Of a stretch of DNA of 64,000 nucleotides, positions 63,306-64,000 are shown one piece after another. Source of the stretch: Girardia tigrina (Eukaryota); contig MQRK01196599.1 in NCBI GenBank assembly GCA_001938485.1, positions 1 to 64,000 on the forward strand, written 5' to 3'. Within the stretch, counting starts at the first letter, position 1. Each line of letters opens with the position of its first letter. The notes beneath the pieces are model-generated. The model ran no database searches and was not told the origin of the DNA. It was given only the letters and a program-made list of their open reading frames with translations. A program made the position numbers and the translations under genes.

Positions 63306-64000
63306 ATGTCTATGCACGTTTTAAGTACAATAAGAGTTTAATGTAGATTTACATGTAATATGAAAGGTTATTTATCTTGGTTACAGTAACTAAGGTACTT
63401 GTGATTGTTGATGGGGTACATTAGGCGATTCCTGAGGTATTGTTTGATGGTAAATAATATACATATATCATAGGGGTTTCATACATATACTAAAAAATCG
63501 ATTTTTAAGCACTTTGAGAATTTCAGAAATATTCGAAAAAATCGATATTTCAGAACTTTTTCGAAAATGTTGATATTGAATCTGAAGGTACGTATATAGG
63601 TTTATATTCAAGTGCATGAGTACTTTTTTGATATTCTGCTTCCTTGTACCTCTAAAGTTGATGTGCATTTTGTGAAAATTTGCACATTATGTTAATCAAA
63701 GGAAAAAGTAATCAATATATGAAAATTCTAATTGTATATTGAGATAGGCAATCGAAATTTGCATCAAATACCATTTCAATTCAATATTTGACACTAGTAC
63801 TTTTAAATATTTTATTGTATTGCACTTTTGCACATTGCAGCGAAAAAGCACTGTGCTAGCACATTAGAAATGTGCGGTACAATGTGCACAATTTATAAGC
63901 ATTTTTAAAATATTGATTAGCACATTTGGACACTGCATCGATCGATTAGCACTACGGTTGTTATGGATACGGAAACCGTTACCATAGTTAAAACCACCTT

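Overview
Very AT-rich, repeat-dense metazoan genomic DNA with several assembly gaps. A planarian-like invertebrate is my inference from composition, short introns and the transposon repertoire; it is not proven. The only clearly intact host coding sequence is the terminal exon of a synaptotagmin-type C2B domain (1331-1695, minus), so much of the window may be intronic or upstream sequence. The rest is nested mobile DNA: three decayed Ty3/Gypsy elements, at least seven solo or partial LTRs of one family, six mariners, a DD37E Tc1-like element interrupted by an RTE-like LINE with a 14-bp TSD, a Penelope-like element, MULE, hAT and pogo-type MITEs, and decayed gene fragments including a PSMD6/Rpn7 relic. 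Main observations: (1) an LTR family that appears to end TG...TA with 5-bp TSDs and encodes the Gag N-terminus inside the LTR, with an ATG formed across the LTR/PBS junction; (2) four minimal type-I hammerhead ribozyme motifs; (3) a degenerate HDV-like ribozyme fold; (4) a LINE ORF ending in three C2H2 fingers; (5) an intron-retaining PSMD6 fragment lying head-to-head with an unidentified gene relic. All calls were made by eye, without database searches.
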